Assembly: GCA_973895155.1 (NCBI GenBank)
Contig: OZ316891.1
Span: 3,761,918 to 3,825,917 of the forward strand
Length of the DNA stretch: 64,000 bases
Origin: Marsupella aquatica
Taxonomy: Eukaryota; Plantae; Marchantiophyta
Direction of reading: 5' to 3'
The notes beneath the pieces are model-generated. The model did not search any database, was not told the DNA's origin, and worked only from the letters and a program-made list of their open reading frames with translations. Made by a program: the position numbers and the translations under genes. Shown here piece after piece: positions 59,584-64,000 of the stretch (positions within the stretch are counted from its first letter, which is position 1; every line of letters begins with the position of its first letter).

Positions 59584-62500
59584 TACTCTTATCAATAAGG
59601 GCAAACCCCAGTTAAATGCACACTGGATGCTTTTCCTGTGCATGTGCACTTAGCGAGAGACTATACTAATTGCTCGGGGGTTTCACTTCCACAAAAATGG
59701 CACATCACGTGCGACGAAGAATATGGTCGTTTTATTGGTTTGAAGGGAAGACTTAAAATTTTTTGTAGAAGAACAATAGTGTCTTTTAAATTTAATTTTG
59801 AGACTTATAAGAACATTAGGGTCTTTCTAATCAAATTTTGAAATATTCCAAGAATATTCTAACTTTATAGGGTTGAAAAATAAAATTTTTTTTCTTACAT
59901 TTTAGGGAGTCCGAGGCCTAAAAACATCGCAGGGGATGGGGAGACATCCATATAATGAGACCCCCGAGACTAATTGCTTACTCCTTGTACGAAGCGGTCC
60001 TTACATAGACAAAGCTGGTTCAAAGTCATTTTCAAAACTTAGGATTTCTCAGGCAGCCAGCTAGCCGGTAGCCATAGTATGTACATTCCTTAAATAAACG
60101 TTGGTCGAAATGTCAATTCCTATAACTATCTCATCATAATTGAGAAAATGAGGGCCTGGACTCTGGAGACTTGAGGGCGGGCAGTACTGTACTAGTGTAC
60201 CACCCAGGACCTACCAGATTAGAACTTTCTGGTGGTAAGACGTCCTTTATTGTGGTTGGATTAAAGGCAGATGATGCTAGTAAGGTGTGAACCGAAGATG
60301 CATTGATGATAACAATATCCACATCTAGAAATATACCTCCATACCTAAGATTTACTAGGATATTTTTTTCTAAATCCAAACTAGGCTCTATACTAAAGCA
60401 TCTGCATAGGAAGGGTCCCTGGGGTTCAGTACCTAGACTCCCATTTCATCTCTATTCAATAGGATAGTCTAGATATACCAGGCCCTTGGCAAACATAAGT
60501 GATCACAATAGATCAAAAAATAATTTTCTTACAATGCAGTTCTGTGCTACGTCATCTTTGGATTCAGGTCAAACTACAATATTGAGGCTCATTATGAGCC
60601 GTGCACACTTTGTGCCAGAGGCCATCTTCATCCACTGCCCGTGAGAAGCCACAATTGCTTTTTTTTTCTTTTAAATCTCTTTTGAATAAATTTCACTTTT
60701 GGGTGGGATTTGTTACAAAAGAAAGTGGTGTCCTACCATGTTCAAACTCCACACCTGTCTCACCCCAACTCTGCTCGTCTACCTCAACTTCAGCAGGAAG
60801 AGCAAAGAGTGAGAATTAAGTTTCTTGACCCAAGAAGTAATGAACATTTAATTTTATGTCAACTTAATTGATTGACTAGGGTGGTAATTTTGTTCTATTC
60901 ATTTATACGTATGGATACTCACCAGTGCTTATGGTGCAAAGTGGAGAAGTTGCCCATATCCGTGCATAAGAAGCAACTGGTCTATATCAGGTAGAAGTTG
61001 GTCCCTTGGAGATCTTCAATGGTTTGTCAGAGACCTACTCTACTTCATTATCACACTGCGAAACCAAAAAACGTCAAACCAGGAAACAAGGTTCAAAACG
61101 AACACAGACCCAATAAAGGGAGGAGAAAAATGAACCACAAAGAGAGACACGTACCACCAAAAAGCACTGAAGCTTACTTGTTATGATTGGCAAATACTTT
61201 TGTTTTAAATATAGCTTTTACTCACAAGTAAAGTGCCTAAAAAATGCAAGCCCATCCACAAGGACGAGAGAGCCAGGAGCCATCAAATCCAATATGTATC
61301 ATGGTCGTTGGGGGCGAGGGGGGGGGGGGGGGGGGTTAACACCGTGGAAATAGGGCACTATGGGCCACACCACCCATGAAAACTGAAGGCTTTAGGTTGA
61401 GTTTTGTGGGTCTATTATTACCCATAACACCTTCATAACAGGGCATTCATAAACTTAGGTCTAAGAGATTTTCTAGTTTTGCTATTTTTAATAAGGAGAA
61501 GTTTCATAATGCAGTCCTTCAGCTCTGGGCCTTGCATTATTTTCCATAAAGCACCATAAATTACGAAGAGTAAGATCACAAAGAGCATTTGGTATCCTGA
61601 GCATTTGGTACTCCTTTGAGAAGTAAGGTGTGTGGCTCTACCATTGTTTGGAGACAACAAATGATTAAGTGTAATATCTGGGGAACAACAGTGCCTGTTA
61701 CTCTGGTCTTTTAAGCCGGTGCCTCCTCACACAGCATGCTTATTTTGATAAATCGGAGACAAAATTTTATTCTGCCTACAGTCACGCTACAGTTGCATGT
61801 TGCAAGAAAAAGATTTTACTCAAACAAGAGGCAGGTTGGAACAGAGAAAGATTGAGTCAAGTGCTTAACCTTGTAAGATCTTTCTAAATTGAAAATTGCT
61901 ACACGTTGGAGACACGTCCCCCCAATCAAGCAACACACTAGTTTTGTGAAAACAATCCAAGAACAGTGGAAGGTGATTGTGTGAGGTAGAATATTATACC
62001 CTGCTGTACGTAGACAGGATACCCACAAAAAGTAACACATCAAACCCACGCAAAATTTACAATGTCATCATGTCTTCCTTTGCATTATTTTTGCCGTTGG
62101 CATGCCTGTTCTCATTGAAACATTTCAATAATGATCATGGATTATGTACACTGTTGTCCCACTTTACATGATTCATGCGTTTTTTTTGGTAACTGGAGGG
62201 CGGCATGAGCCGTCTTTTGTAAGGAAGGTCTTCACGCACAGTAGTTGGGCATTGGCTTTTATATGCTCTTGGCATTTATAAATTGTTGCCTCTTTTGGAC
62301 ATGACTCTTATGCTTTCTTTATAAAACAGCATTTGCATGATGTGTTCAGACTCCAGCAAATGTTCATCCCTCATGAGACCTCACTTGTGGGTAGTGAATA
62401 CAGCTTCCCATTAAAAAAAGGTACTGCATCCCTTGGAGGAAAAGAGAAGAGGTGATACCCTTGGGCATTGTTGGGAGGGATCTTAGAGGGAGTGGGTCCG

Positions 62501-63312
62501 CAACTTATTTCTAGCAAATAATTCTAGCGCCATTTGCTAGGCTAAGCACCATTTGCTGTAATTAAATTTACAAGACATTGAAGGCCTTAATTAAGATCAT
62601 TTGAAACTCTCCTTTAGCCCCGGTACTCAATCTTTAGGATGCTAAATGACCCCTAGATTAACTTTGGTAAAAAACATTCATATTGCCCCAAGGTCTTATA
62701 AAGCCACCCCAAGCCTCATGGGGCCCCTTTTTCAGTTCCGACTGTAGTTATCCCACTGAAGCGGGGGAATAGCGCATTATTAGCCGACGCGTACCTCACC
62801 ATATTCGCCGAAGCTCCAAACAGAACGTCCCAATTTAGCGGAAACGCCGGACTTACTGAGGGGAGAACGTTTCTTGTCCGTATAGTGTCACTAATTACGA
62901 TGGGGGTGGACCAAGACCAAGCACCATAGTAAATTAGTGATCCTTTGTGGTACTAGGGTAGGATTGGATTAGCAGCATAATCTGGGGACTAGTTCTGTAG
63001 ATTAATCAGTATTGACCCTGTTAGGGACGACAAGGGTAGTTTAATTAGCTGATTACAAATAGGGTATCGCCATAATGACGACGGGAGGTTTCTATCAGTA
63101 GACTCATCTAATTTCCCGTTATGATCCTGTTGGGGGTTAGCGCAAGCGCCGCTTATCAGAAGGAGAGTACGCTACTTATTGCTATAATGATGCTTAAATC
63201 CTTCGCGAACGAGTGTACCCAGTTGGATTAACGAGATGGAGACTGGGTAATTAAACGATCCGTTTGGTACCACGGTCGTTTGCAGAGCTCGAGGGAGACA
63301 CGAGAGGAAGAC

Positions 63313-63343
<31 letters not shown>

Positions 63344-63360
63344 CAGAGAGAGAGAGAGAG
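63313..63360. repeat. GA microsatellite with a G-run, probably in a promoter or 5' leader
   Basis: (GA)n-G-run-(GA)n visible directly. Confidence 0.85.
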
Positions 63361-64000
63361 AAATCAAGGCTCGACGGAGGCAGAGGACGGACTGACTACT
63401 CGTACAATACCGTAGTATGGTGGTGAAATGGTGGAGGAAGAGGAGGAGAATTGAATTGATGGAGCATTGAATTGATGGAGTCGGACCGGGGAGAGGGAGG
63501 ACAAGCGGAGGACTACGCTGATGTCCTGGGCGGAGTAGGAGGAGGCCCGTACTAGTGGGCTGCTGCTGCCGCCGCAGCAGGTGGTGGTGATGGTGGACGC
63601 ACTGCTGCTCCCCTCGTCCTGTTGGTGCAGGTGGAGCAGAAGTGCTGTTTGGTTGGGTACAGTAATCTGCAGTGCGGAGGTGCCAGAGGAGGATTGGACA
63701 GTGATGTTGCGAATAGGTAGAGAGGCCGAGGGCAAGGACGAGGAAGAGAAGAAACGGAGGAACAGGAGTGTCCTCAATTCCTCCGATTCGGAGAGGATCG
63801 TTCACTGCTGGTTCTGGTCCTTCTGAGGGAGCCGCATTCCAGCGTTATTACATTGTGTACCACGACAAGCACGGCGGCACGGTGGCGGCACGACGACGAA
63901 GACGACGAGAGTCCAGAGACGAGAACGCCTGCTGCCGGGTTTCCAGCCTCGCCATGCAAGCATCATTCACACGGGCTTCTGCTGTTGACACGATTACTTT

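Noticed and set aside
63251-63805. 184-aa minus-strand ORF
   Set aside because: Low-complexity translation of microsatellite and purine-rich leader sequence, with a non-ATG start.

Overview
Eukaryotic nuclear DNA with spliceosomal introns and plant-type genes, probably from a non-seed land plant (inference). It is gene-sparse and rich in transposable elements (TEs). Host genes: an intronless cyanase (6434-6943), an 8-exon inositol polyphosphate multikinase (IPK2/IPMK, 28105-31273) whose frame appears to need an AT-AC minor-spliceosome intron, a Btz-motif R/E-rich protein (33823-34596) and a large coiled-coil protein (45304-47662). The most unusual element is a 5.3-kb PIF/Harbinger-superfamily transposon (8494-13832) with 15-bp terminal inverted repeats (TIRs) and an AAT target-site duplication (TSD). 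Besides the usual DDE transposase and Myb/SANT-like partner, it carries a third gene resembling the RPA70 C-terminal zinc-ribbon OB-fold. Other TEs are a near full-length CRE-like RLE non-LTR retrotransposon with a long direct repeat, a 5-kb Mutator-like element (10-bp TSD) carrying a cargo ORF interrupted by a MITE, several MITEs, a putative SINE pair and tandem arrays. Family assignments come from motifs recognised by eye; no searches were run.
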